Shown piece after piece: positions 1-12,329 of a DNA stretch of 64,000 bases. Origin of the DNA: Macrostomum lignano (taxonomy: Eukaryota); assembly GCA_002269645.1 (NCBI GenBank), contig NIVC01000121.1, forward strand, positions 310,001 through 374,000, read 5' to 3'. Made by a program: the position numbers and the translations under genes. The stretch's first letter is position 1; the number at the start of each line of letters is the position of its first letter. The notes beneath the pieces are model-generated. The model saw only the letters and a program-made list of their open reading frames with translations, ran no database searches and was not told the DNA's origin.

Positions 1-639
1 TATATCAGATTAAAGTTATTTGTACGAATTTTTCAGATTGTTTCAAACGCTTCATTTGTTTCGCATGATAGCAGCCGATGACGTGGACACTGGACTTTGA
101 TGCAATTTTCAGCAAAATTGTCAGGGTTTGCAAGTGAAGGGATCCTCTGTCTCAGCTGCCCATTTGACCTTATAATTCATATTTTAACGCGTGTTCGAAG
201 TCTGCCCCAGTTGCTCCAAGCTGCAATGCGTTACGAAAGGCTTCAATAATGACACAGATCAATTTGATGCCTCTGTTCTGGCTTCCTACTCGCTCTGTTC
301 AATATTTTTGCTTAATCTTCCTGCTTAACTTTGTACACAAGACGCGCTCATCATTTTTCAGTGGCTTTGCTACAGTGTCTGTCCACCAAGAAACCATTGA
401 TAATTTGAAAAAAAATTCTAACGATGCCTTTCCTAACCTTGGCTGGTGTTTCTCTAAAGTGTGCGTGTTTTTCGGCTAATAAATAAATGTTATCTTAATG
501 GGCATTGGGCGCGAGTTGTTTGTGCTGCTCATTAATTAATCGTAATTTCTCATCAAGCGATAATTAAGTTGGACTATATGGTTAATTTGTTTCTTTAAAT
601 CCTATTCTGAAATGTCCTGTTCTTAGCAATCCGCCTAGG

Positions 640-1424
640 ATTAGTTAGCATTCCCTCAGCTCGCACTCCCTCAGCTAGCACTCCCTCAGCTAGCACTCCC
701 TCAGCTAGCACTCCCTCAGCTAGCACTCCCTCAGCTCGCACTCCCCCAGCTAACACTCCCTCAGCTAGCACTCCCTTAGCTAGCACTCCCTCAGCTCGCA
801 CTCCCTCAGCTAGCACTCCCTCAGCTATCACTCCCTCAGCTATCACTCCCTCAGCTAGCACTCCCTCAGCTAGCACTCCCTCAGCTAGCACTCCCTCAGC
901 TAGCACTCCCTCAGCTAGCACTCCCTCAGCTAGCACTCCATCAGCTCGCACTCCCCCAGCTAACACTCCCTCAGCTAGCACTCCCTTAGCTAGCACTCCC
1001 TCAGCTCGCACTCCCTCAGCTAGCACTCCCTCAGCTATCACTCCCTCAGCTATCACTCCCTCAGCTAGCACTCCCTCAGCTAGCACTCCCTCAGCTAGCA
1101 CTCCCTTAGCTATCACTCCCTCAGCTATCACTCCCTCAGCTAGCACTCCCTCAGCTAGCACTCCCTTAGCTATCACTCCCTCAGCTAGCACTCCCTCAGC
1201 TATCACTCCCTCAGCTAGCACTCCCTTAGCTATCACTCCCTCAGCTATCACTCCCTCAGCTAGCACTCCCTCAGCTAGCACTCCCTCAGCTCGCACTCCC
1301 TCAGCTAGCACTCCCTCAGCTATCACTCCCTCAGCTCGCACTCCCTCAGCTAGCACTCCCTCAGCTAGCACTCCATTAGCTATCACTCCCTCAGTAAGCA
1401 CTCCCTCAGCTAGCACTCCCTCAG
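640..1424. repeat. 15-bp minisatellite (GCTAGCACTCCCTCA)n, about 52 units
   Basis: Strict 15-bp periodicity visible line by line; substitution variants but no indels. Confidence 0.95.
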
Positions 1425-1992
1425 AGCCGTGGCCTGAGGCAACTACCTGTTCACGCACAGGTAAGCACACCGGGATAACCCATACCTTTAGAAGCTAAGG
1501 CCAGAGGCTGTAGGCCCTGGGGTCCACCTCCAACACCTGCAGAGATCGAGCAGATGACATATTTCATATTTCATATCGGCATGCTGTACCAGTACATCCT
1601 CAGCGAGACTCTCAAGCATTCGTTCATCACTCCGATACCACTGGCACCAATTCAAAACAAAAGACACAGCAGGTGGCTATGAACGTTAAAATTAAATAGT
1701 TAAAATTATGTTACATACCTTTGCTTGTTTACTAACAGTAGTACATTAGCTCCAGTTGAGCAGTAGGTATTAATTTGTGAAAGAGCCAATTATTCTTTTT
1801 ATTTGCTGGAATAAATAGAAAATGATGAATATTAAATTTATGATATTCTGCCTATTCAATGACGCTATACTGAATGCAAAACTTCCCCCATCAATCAATG
1901 ATTTTTTCTGTCATTAGACGACCTAAGCGGAGTCAATTCCACCCGTGAAATTACAGCATCTATGCAAGCGGCACTGCTTTTATACAATGAAT

Positions 1993-2320
1993 GGAGGGGA
2001 TTGTAGCCTAGTGGTTAGAGCGACGGAGTCACGGCTGAAAGGTCGGGGGTTCGATTCTCCACCCATTCGGAACAATTTGTGTCCTTGAGCAAGACAGCTT
2101 AACTCTGCATTGCTTCAGTTCACCCAGCTGTAAAATGGGTCTCAGCATAATTAGCTGGGGTAATTGAGGGTGTGTTGCGACCCCCCCCCCAGTCCTTGGA
2201 CTGAACAGCAACAGCCGTACGCAGCCTTCAGATGCGCCGCGCAATAGCTGCGGCTGAGCTGTCGGTTGCACATCTGGCCATTAGGGCAGGTGTAATTAAT
2301 TATTGTTATTATTATTACAG
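1993..2320 (+). mobile_element. tRNA-derived CORE-type SINE, copy 1 (near full length)
   Basis: A-box-like TAGCCTAGTGG, B-box GGTTCGATTC, a central GTGTCCTTGAGCAAGACAGCTTAACTCTGCATTGCTTCAGTTCACCCAGCTGTAAAATGGG resembling the MIR/CORE domain, and a (TTA)-rich tail. Homologous copies lie at 24245 and 41370. Confidence 0.85.
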
Positions 2321-2967
2321 TTGTTTAGTTGAGCTCAAGTATACTCTCAGACGAACTGCTGAGTTCCCTCGACTGTCTGTCTTTTTCTTTTCTAACTACA
2401 ACTACAAATTACGAGAATGAAGAAAATTTTTTGCAATTCAGGCCCCTTAAAATACTCAAAACTTGATGGCTTGTCCTTCCGAATCGAAAATTTATTTGAA
2501 ATTGGAATCGAAATTGGAACCCTATGGCCTATTTATCTAAAGAGCCGAAGTTGCTGCGCAATAAGAGAAAATTAATGTTGCGTTTTAAATCAAGCTAATC
2601 TTTTAACTTTGTTAAACTTGAAGTAATTTAGAACGATAAATAAATAAAATTAAATTTCGCTTAAAAACTGTGCGTTGGTGTGTCTGCATGCCTTTGTATA
2701 GACAAAGCGAAATTGAAATTCCAATTAGGAAAAATTGAATTCTTCTCACTCTCACTCTTATTAAGGCAAGGTTTAACATTTAGGCGGTCCACGAAATGCC
2801 AGGTTTAGTAACTGCTGTAGGTATTTTAGGTAAGTCACCAAATTAGGTTCCAGGTTTTATTATGCGTTGTAAAATGTGGCAACAGACTGCAGGCGAATTT
2901 TCTAAATAGAATTGCTGAGGCCAGCAAAAACTGGACTTGTCCTAAGAGGTGCACAGAACACTAGATG

Positions 2968-4045
2968 TAAGGAGCGCCATTATCGGTGTAAGGAGCGCCA
3001 TTATCGGTGTAAAGGGGCGCCATTATCGGTGTAAGGGGGCGCCATTATCGGTGTAAAGGGGCGCCATTATCGGTGTAAAGGGGCGCCATTATCGGTGTAA
3101 GGGGCGCCATTATCGGTGTAAGGGGTGCCATTATCGGTGTAGGGGGTGCCATTATCTGTGTAGGGGGTGCCATTATCGGTGTAAGGGCACCGTTGTAAGG
3201 AAATCGGTGTAAGGGCACCGATAATGGCGCCATTATCGGTGTAAGGAGCGCCATTATCGGTGTAAGGAGCGCCATTATCGGTGTGTGCAAGGGGCGCCAT
3301 TATCGGTGTAAGGGGCGCCATTATCGGTGTTAGGAGCGCCATTATCGGTGTAAGGGGCGGGCATTATCGGTGTAAGGAGCGCCATTATCGGTGTAGGGGG
3401 TGCCATTATCGGTGTAGGGGGTGCCATTATCGGTGTAAGGGGCGCCATTATCGGTGTAGGGGGTGCCATTATCGGTGTAAGGGGCGCCATTATCGGTGTT
3501 AGGAGCGCCATTATCGGTGTAAGGGGCGGGCATTATCGGTGTAAGGAGCGCGATTATCGGTGTAGGGGGTGCCATTATCGGTGTAAGGAGCGCCATTATC
3601 GGTGTAGGGGGTGCCATTATCGGTGTAAGGAGCGCCATTATCGGTGTAGGGGGTGCCATTATCGGTGTAAGGGCACCGTTGTAAGTGCACCGTTGTAAGG
3701 AAATCGGTGTAAGGGCACCGATAATGGCGCCATTATCGGTGTAAGGGCACCGTTTTAAGTGCACCGTTGTAAGGAAATCGGTGTAAGGGCACCGATAATG
3801 GTGCCATTATCGGTGTAAGGGGTGCCATTATCGATGTAAGGAGCGCCATTATCGGTGTAAGGGGCGCCATTATCGGTGTAAGGGGCGCCATTATCGGTGT
3901 AAGGAGCGCCATTATCGATGTAGGGGGTGCCATTATCGGTGTAGGGGGTGCCATTATCGGTGTAAGTGCACCGTTGTAAGGAAATCGGTGTAAGGGCACC
4001 GATAATGGCGCCATTATCGGTGTAAGGGGTGCCATTATCGATGTA
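2968..4045. repeat. About 21-bp minisatellite (AGGGGCGCCATTATCGGTGTA)n with embedded 26-bp palindromes
   Basis: Tandem units read directly; palindrome CACCGATAATGGCGCCATTATCGGTG at 3216, 3716, 3790 (1 mismatch) and 3997. Confidence 0.95.
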
Positions 4046-5065
4046 ATTGTTGATGCAATTGATGCAACAACATAACAAATGACAAAAACTGCAAAGTTAC
4101 CTAGATATCCATCAAATCAAAGAGATGAAAACTCTGTAGACCTTTTATAGTCCACAAGTGGACTTGGGTAAATTTTGCTCAAAGCATACACACTGTTTTA
4201 AATAGGCTTCCAGAGAACTAGAGCATAGAGTAGTTTTTGTACTTTTACAACTTATTAGCTTTTTTTCAGTGAAATTGCTGATATAAAATGAAACCATATT
4301 TAAGCATTGCAAAAAAGTTAAATTTACAAAGGTAAAATAGAAACAAATCTGCTTGCGAAATAATATTAGGAAGTGATATATTTTTACGCTTTTACTAACC
4401 GCCATGGACTCCTTTCCGGGTCCAGGTGTTATTTAGGAGTCCATGCGATATAGTAGAACGCAAGTGTCTGGGTTTCGAATGGGCAGTAAATTTGTATCGA
4501 TGAGAATTAAATAAAAATTAAATACCAGGTACACAAATTAAATAGGGGCCTCATAAAACCTCTAATAAGTCTTACTGACATCGTTGAACGAAAGAATTCC
4601 AACAAAAAAAGAGTTCACACGGGACCGGTCGGTGAATTAAGGCGCAATCAGGCGGTCTCACTGGCAATGAAATTATAAACAAAATAAATTCAATAAAATG
4701 ACAAAAAATATGTTTAAGCAAGTAAAGCTGGGGGGGTCTTTGGAATTTCAAGTATTTCATTTTCGAGTGTCAGCAGATTAAACAAGAGTCGAAGCAGATT
4801 AGGAAATAAAAATAAAAATGAGTTTTTGTTTTAATTCTAGGAAATTCTTATTGAAACAGAAAAACAGGAAGTGCGGCGCGAGTGCAGCGCTTGTTCCTGA
4901 AGTAGCAAATTTGTTTCTTTTGCCTGGTGGGGAAATTTCCCGTGACTGCCGCCAAGGAGGCCGAAATCTTGAGAGTGGGAGTGGAGTAGCGACTTTAGCT
5001 GAGCCCCTGCTATGAATATTTGCGATATTCTGGCTTCGTATTGCTTAAGATTTTGGTATACCCTC

Positions 5066-5700
5066 GTGCCCTATCCCATACCCCTGTGCGCCTTAACCCA
5101 TACCCCTGTGCGCCTTAACCCATACCCCTGTGCGCCTTAACCCATACCCCTGTGCGCCTTAACCCATACCCCTGTGCGCCTTAACCCATACCCCTGTGCG
5201 CCTTAACCCATACCCCTGTGCGCCTTAACCCATACCCCTGTGCGCCTTAACCCATACCCCTGTGCGCCTTAACCCATACCCCTGTGCGCCTTAACCCATA
5301 CCCCTGTGCGCCTTAACCCATACCCCTGTGCGCCTTAACCCATACCCCTGTGCGCCTTAACCCATACCCCTGTGCCCCTATCCCATACCCCTGTGCCCCT
5401 ATCCCATACCCCTGTGCCCCTATCCCATACCCCTGTGCCCCTATCCCATACCCCTGTGCCCCTATCCTATACCCCTGCGCCCCTATCCCATACCCCTGCG
5501 CCCCTATCCCATACCCCTGTGCCCCTATCCCATACCCCTGTGCTTCTATCCCATACCCCTGTGCCCCTATCCCATACCCCTGTGCCCCTATCCCATACCC
5601 CTGTGCCCCTATCCCATACCCCTGTGCCCCTATCCCATACCCCTGTGCCCCTATCCCATACCCCTGCGCCCCTATCCCATACCCCTGTGCGCCTAACCCA
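5066..5700. repeat. 21-bp minisatellite (CCCATACCCCTGTGCGCCTTA/…GCCCCTAT)n just 3' of BicC
   Basis: Tandem units; two variant blocks switch near 5365. Confidence 0.95.
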
Positions 5701-5780
5701 TGCGACCATTTACAATCATGAATATGATTCCACGGTACAGGTGTGACTAATCACCGCTAATGCCTATCCAGACTGCATAT

Positions 5781-8700
5781 CTAGATCGCCGCTGACCCTA
5801 CAGACTGAGCGGCCTGAGCCGCCAGCAGGTGAATCAGTTGCTGCACTTTCTGCCTAGTGGCGTAATTGAAGCCTAAACTGCGCAAATCGTCCTCGGACAG
5901 TTTCCTGAAGGCGCACAGGTCGATTTCCTGGCTAATCATTGCCTCAGCGCACTCGAGCAGGTTGTGCCGATCAAGCAGGCACAGCAGGGCGTCGATGCCG
6001 TCTGAGTCATCGGTGTCCCAGGACGACTGGCTGACGGAGCCGGTGGCGCCGGGAGCAGCATTCGCTGGCTGGCGATGACTAGTTGAACAAGCAGCCGCTT
6101 CTCCCAGCTGAGCAAGTGGCTGATAGTAGCAACTCTGAGCGAACGGTGTTGTTGAGTAGGCCGACGATGAACCCTGCTGCTCGGTGGCAGCCGTAGTCTG
6201 TGACTGTGACGACGACGAAGCAGTGGCCTGAGTTCCGCCTGAGGCTGCTGCTGGGTCGGAGCTGGCGGGGCCGATGCCCTGGTTAGCGACTAGGAGGCTG
6301 GCTCCGCAGGACCGGCTGAAGAAGTAGCCAGACCACTGCTTCGTTGGCCGGCGGTCGCCTTCAACAGCCGGCTGAGACATGATGCGCTGAGCTGCCAACT
6401 TTCGACGCGAATATTCCGCACCGGGCGCTCGATTCTCCGGACTCAACGGGGGCGGAGACGCGTTGGTTGAGCTGGTTCGACTCGGCTCAGTCCGAGACGT
6501 CGGTGAGGAAATTGGCAACGTCTGAAACTCGTCGGACTGAGACGAGCTCGGCAGCGGCTTCGGCATCAGCTGCACAGACGGTGGAGAGGCGAGCATACTC
6601 GGAATTGTCGGCGAATGTTGCGGATACGAGAATGACTGCTGAGCAGTAGATGCACCCGGCGAAGCCAGAAGCGTCTGCTGCACCTCCGGAACTGGAGTCC
6701 CGAAGATCCTGCTCAACAGCCGGTACATCGCGTGGGCGTTGCCCTCGTGAGTTCGAAGAGTCACCGCTCTGGACGAGCCCGTGGCACCTCCGCCGCCGCC
6801 ACCGCCGCCGCCACCACCGCCTCGCCGAATGGCGAAGTCAACGACAACGCCTTCCATGTTTCGACCTTTCAGCGATTCGACAAGCGAATCCTCCGTGGCG
6901 AACGCGTTGCAGGGCATGTCGAAGCACAGGAAGGCGGGCAGGCAGGCCAGCAGGAAGGAGCGAAGGCGGAGCAATGACCGACAGCCGCCAGCCTCCGACA
7001 TGACGGCGCCAGTGTCAGTCAAATCGAACTGACTCACGCCGAACTGTTTCAGAGTGGATTTCAAAAAGTTCGACTCGCCAGCCGAAGTGGCGATGGCGGT
7101 TGGCAGCGACAGGAGCTCCAGCTGGAGCCGTTCTCGCACCGCGGCCGCGTGACGCCGCTCAAAGTCCAGCCGACACGTCACCAGAAGCGACTGCTGGCTG
7201 CAGTGCGGCTGCTGTAGCGACCCGGCCGCCAGCCTGAGGAAATTCTCAGCATAGAGCGACAGGCGTTCGACCGCGATCGCGACTCGCTCGGCGTTCTCGA
7301 CGAGACCGCGAATCAGCCAGCCACCGCTGCCGCCGAGCTGATGATGACCGCTCGGGTGCTGCCGAGTGACGCACACCTTGCAGAGCTCGCAGATCTCCCT
7401 GACGAACAGGTGACTGGCGGGGTCCGGCACCGGCGCGGGCAGCAGCAGCAGCAGAGCCAGCGGCTGCTTCGCCCGGATCATCCGTCTGGCCTCCTCCATC
7501 CCGGCCGGCTGCGGACCGTCGAGGCCGTTCAGCGACACCTGGTTGCTCTTGGCCGCGGCGCACTCGGCAGCTGACGCGCCAGAAGCCAGCGCAGCCGCCG
7601 CCGCAGCAGCCGATTGCGCCGACTTGTTGGAGTCCGGGAAGTGAATGTCGGTTCCAGTCCGGGATTTGATCTCCTTCTGTAGAGCGCCGTGCCGACCGAT
7701 CAGCTGGCCGTGCTCGTTGTGAGGCACGTCAATTCGCAAAGTCAGCTTTGAGAACTTCCGGCTGCAATAGCTGAGCACCATCGCCTTGGCCAGCTGGACC
7801 GCTTCTGAACTGCCCGTGACCTTCACCTGCGAGTTCGTGTGGGTTTTGGTTCGAATTCGAAGCTACTATAACACGAAGCTTACCACCAAGCGCATCTTAG
7901 ACAATCCCAGCGCCCTGAAACGGTACCTGAGCGGTCCATTAAACTACCATAGACTCCTTTAAACTACCATAGACTCCTTTAAACTACCATAGACTCCCTT
8001 AAGCTACCATAAACTCCGTTAAACTACCATAGAATCCTTTAAACTACCATAGAGTCCTTAAAACTACCATAGAATCCTTTAAACTACCACAGAGTCCTTT
8101 AAACTACCATAGAGTCCATTAAACTACCATAGACTCCCTTAAACTACCACGGACTCACTTAAACTACCATAGAGTCCCTTAAACTACCATAGACTTCCCT
8201 TCCGCGTGACTGTCTTTTCAAATTTTAGAAATTTCGCTAAGCTTTATACATCTTCCAATAAAAAGAAGACTTATAAGTTTCAATGACTAGCCGTCAGGCA
8301 GTATATGATGCTTATAGTGGCCTAGGAGTCATTAAATTTTCTTTTTGCAAACAGAATGCTAAAATAAAAACATTCATTCAATCCATCAATAATCCATTTA
8401 TATTTATGTATCCCCAAACTTCTACGTCCAAAATTTCATAAAAAAGGCAGTTTTTTATTGACCCATTGCCATAAAAAGTAGGAAAAATTTACGTGGGAGA
8501 AATAGCTGATAGAGATATAGGGATTGCTCAAAGGCCCGACTTTTAGTCGATATCTATCTGCCTATCTGTGGCCTAAAAGGCTGATTTCCCACAAATTTCC
8601 AACAAAACCCTCCAAGCATCGCCCACGTAGCAACAACCACCCCCACTGCTGGACACGACAAATCGGGACAAATACTGACCATGCAGTATACCGCATTTTG

Positions 8701-10322
8701 TGAACATCAGTAAGCTCTCTCAGGAATATCAGTAAGCTCTCTCAGGAATATCAGTAAGCTCTCTCAGGAATATCAGCAAGCTCTCTCAGGAATATCAGTA
8801 AGCTCTCTCAGGAATATCAGTAAGCTCTCTCAGGAATATCAGTAAGCTCTCTCAGGAATATCAGTAAGCTCTCTCAGGAATATCAGTAAGCTCTCTCAGG
8901 AATATCAGTAAGCTCTCTCAGGAATATCAGTAAGCTTTCTCAGGAATATCAGTAAGCTCTTTCAGGAATATCAGTAAGCTCTCTCAGGAATATCAGTAAG
9001 CTCTCTCAGGAATATCAGTAAGCTCTTTCAGGAATATCAGTAAGCTCTCTCAGGAATATGAGTAAGCTTTCTCAGGAATATCAGTAAGCTCTCTCAGGAA
9101 TATCAGTAAGCTCTCTCAGGAATATCAGTAAGCTCTCTCAGGAATATGAGTAAGCTTTCTCAGGAATATCAGTAAGCTCTCTCAGGAATATCAGTAAGCT
9201 CTCTCAGGAATATCAGTAAGCTCTCTCAGGAATATCAGTAAGCTCTCTCAGGAATATCAGTAAGCTCTCTCAGGAATATCAGCAAGCTCTCTCAGGAATA
9301 TCAGTAAGCTCTCTCAGGAATATCAGTAAGCTCTCTCAGGAATATCAGTAAGCTCTCTCAGGAATATCAGTAAGCTCTCTCAGGAATATCAGTAAGCTCT
9401 CTCAGGAATATCAGTAAGCTCTCTCAGGAATATCAGTAAGCTTTCTCAGGAATATCAGTAAGCTCTTTCAGGAATATCAGTAAGCTCTCTCAGGAATATC
9501 AGTAAGCTCTCTCAGGAATATCAGTAAGCTCTTTCAGGAATATCAGTAAGCTCTCTCAGGAATATGAGTAAGCTTTCTCAGGAATATCAGTAAGCTCTCT
9601 CAGGAATATCAGTAAGCTCTCTCAGGAATATCAGTAAGCTCTCTCAGGAATATGAGTAAGCTTTCTCAGGAATATCAGTAAGCTCTCTCAGGAATATCAG
9701 TAAGCTCTCTCAGGAATATCAGTAAGCTTTCTCAGGAATATCAGTAAGCTCTCTCAGGAATATCAGTAAGCTCTCTCAGGAATATCAGTAAGCTCTCTCA
9801 GGAATATCAGTAAGCTCTCTCAGGAATATCAGCAAGCTCTCTCAGGAATATCAGTAAGCTCTCTCAGGAATATCAGTAAGCTCGCTCAGGAATATCAGTA
9901 AGCTCGCTCAGGAATATCAGTAAGCTCTCTCAGGAATATCAGTAAGCTCTCTCAGGAATATCAGTAAGCTTTCTCAGGAATATCAGTAAGCTATCAACAG
10001 TATCCACTGGACTCACCTGTGGATCCCGTTTCGATTTTGCGCCAACCTTCAATTTCGATGGCCAAGCAATGCGGGCGCCAGTTCGCAGTTCGATGTCGTT
10101 AAAGAACCTCTCCAGAGGACAGACACCAGGCAGTTTCAGAGGCTCCTGCGCACTTGTAGGTCCCGCAGACGTCAACATGAGACTCTCCAGTTTGCGCCGA
10201 TCAACTCTGAATCTTTCTTCAACTCGATCTGCTGTAATGATGCAGCCGTGATGACGCCCGGGAAACGAGTCGCTGCTTGAGCCGCCAGAAGATGACGAAG
10301 TGTCATCCGCTGTTGTAGACAT
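5781..10322 (-). CDS. bicc1: Bicaudal-C, KH-domain plus SAM RNA-binding protein; exons 10322-10017 and 7826-5781; 783 aa
   Basis: Motifs EERFRVDRRKL, WPSKLKVGAKSKRDPQ|VKVTG and TLRIDVPHNEHGQLIGRHG...IHFPDSN match BicC KH domains; C-terminal SAM (LLDRHNL...QEIDLCAFRKLSEDDLRSLG). Phase-0 intron CAG|GTGAGT...GCAG|GTG joins the two ORFs in frame. Confidence 0.92.
7935..8200. repeat. 20-bp minisatellite (TAAACTACCATAGACTCCTT)n in the BicC intron
   Basis: About 13 tandem units. Confidence 0.9.
8707..9992. repeat. 22-bp minisatellite (TCAGTAAGCTCTCTCAGGAATA)n in the BicC intron
   Basis: About 58 highly homogeneous units ending about 25 bp from the donor site. Confidence 0.95.
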
Positions 10323-10863
10323 TTTTTTACAACTGAATAATGAACTTATAATAGAGAGCCCTAACTAAACTAACTATTGTGGATAGTGTCTATTATAAAG
10401 CTTGGTCTACACACTCGACTCAACGATATACAACTCTCTCTCTATATATTCGTGTCCATTGACTGCACTACCTTCTGAGAATTATATACCTTACCTACCT
10501 ACCTATATACAATTATGAAATAAGCCCTCAACCCAGAGACGGAATTGGACGAGGGAGCCTGGAGGGGTAGCTCAGGCCCCTGCGGACAAATAGATTTTCA
10601 GGTGGCTGTAGCTGTTTTAAACACTGAGCCAATGCCTTCTCTCTGTCCTTAACTGTCTGCCCCGTCTGACTGCCTGCTTTTGCAGAACCCCGAGAAGTGC
10701 TTTGTGGCGGCGTAGGGGGGGGGGTCTTCGTGGTGTTCGCCTGACTCTGACTACATGGAGTTCTATAGAGATTTTGCAGTTCTGGAGAGGGAATCCTTTG
10801 GCAAACAGTTGACGATTATACGATAACTTTGAATATTATAATATCAGATTTACCGCCTTGGCA

Positions 10864-11086
<223 letters not shown>

Positions 11087-11461
11087 TAATTAACAGAACT
11101 GAATGACATCCAGTTACCAATCTAGACAAATGTTCACAATTTTAGAAGTCCTCGGCCATAAAGACTGAAGGAAGGAAAAGATAACAGCACTGTAACTTTG
11201 GTGGCGAAGTGTGTTGAATAAATATAGAGGCATCAGTATAGTAATAGATACAATAATTTAGTTAAGAACAAGAGCACTTGTCCCCTTAAACCCTGACGAA
11301 ATTTCTATTCGCTTTGGGGAGGGGGGGAGGGGGCCGAGGGAAGCTGCGTGCCCAGACAGACGGAGCAGTCCACTATGCAGGGCCATACAGCATAGCACAG
11401 GGGGCGCACATAACAAAAAATAAAAATTATACTGCTTAGCCAAGGAGACTTGGAGCTAGAC

Positions 11462-12054
11462 CAGGGGTTGGCAATTTTTTTACCAGATACTCAGATAGAG
11501 AATCTACCGCATGACTGCGGGCCAGATGAGAGGAGAGAGGAGAGGGAATGGAGCAGAAAGAAGGAAGATAGGAGAAAGGGGAGACAAGAAAATAAAGAGA
11601 AGAGAGGAGACGAGAGCAAACGTGAGATAAGTAGGAGAGGAGAGAAGAGATAGGAGAGAGAAAAGGGGAAAGAAGAGGAGAGAGAAGAGCAGAGGAGAGA
11701 GGAGAGGAGAGAGGAGAGGAGGGGAGAGAGGAGAGAGGAGAGGAGAGGAGAGCGGGAAGAGGAGAGAGGAGAGGAGAGGAGAGGAGAGAGGGGAGAGGAG
11801 AGAGGAGAGGAGAGGAGAGGAGAGAGGAGAGGAGAGGAGAGGAGAGAGGGGAGGAGAGAGGAGAGGAGAGGAGAGGAGAGGAGAGGAGAGGAGAGAGGAG
11901 AGGAGAGAGGAGAGGAGAGGAGAGGAGAGGAGAGAGGAGAGGAGAGAGGAAGAGAAGGGATTAGAGAGAAGAGCGCTGAGAAGAGATATACACATTGAGC
12001 ATGCCGGATAGGGAGGCCGCATGTGGCCCGCAGGCCGGAGTTTGCCGACCCCTG
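11462..12054 (-). mobile_element. Non-autonomous hAT (Charlie-like) element with an internal (GAGAG)n expansion
   Basis: TIRs CAGGGGTTGGCAA (11462) and TTTGCCGACCCCTG (to 12054); 8-bp TSD AGCTAGAC/CGCTAGAC (7/8, with the CTAG centre typical of Charlie); subterminal CCGGCCTGCGGGCCACATGCGGCC on the minus strand. Confidence 0.8.
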
Positions 12055-12082
12055 CGCTAGACAGACAGACAGACAGACAGCC

Positions 12083-12115
<33 letters not shown>

Positions 12116-12329
12116 CTGCGTCCTACGCTCGTACATGTAGTTTTGGGGTGAAACTTTCAGCTTAAAAAATAAGACAGCTCGTTTCAACTCAAAAGTAATG
12201 CGCTAAGCTGCAGTAGAGAAAGTTCTATATCATTTAATCATCCCAAAAAACTGGCTTGTAAAATATTCTGTTTAATTCTTTGTGACCGATTTTTATTAAA
12301 GGCCGATCTTACAGGTTTTAATTCAGCGC

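Noticed and set aside
1993-2060. tRNA gene-like sequence (also at 24245 and 41370)
   Set aside because: No complete cloverleaf or acceptor stem could be formed, and the head continues into a shared SINE body; called SINE instead.
4861-5015. hAT-like end (GCTGAGCCCCTG) near 5000-5010; also CAGGGGTCGGC at 48679
   Set aside because: No partner TIR or TSD was found.
8707-9992. CRISPR-like appearance of the regular 20-35-bp repeats
   Set aside because: There are no unique spacers and no cas genes, and the context is a spliced eukaryotic locus.
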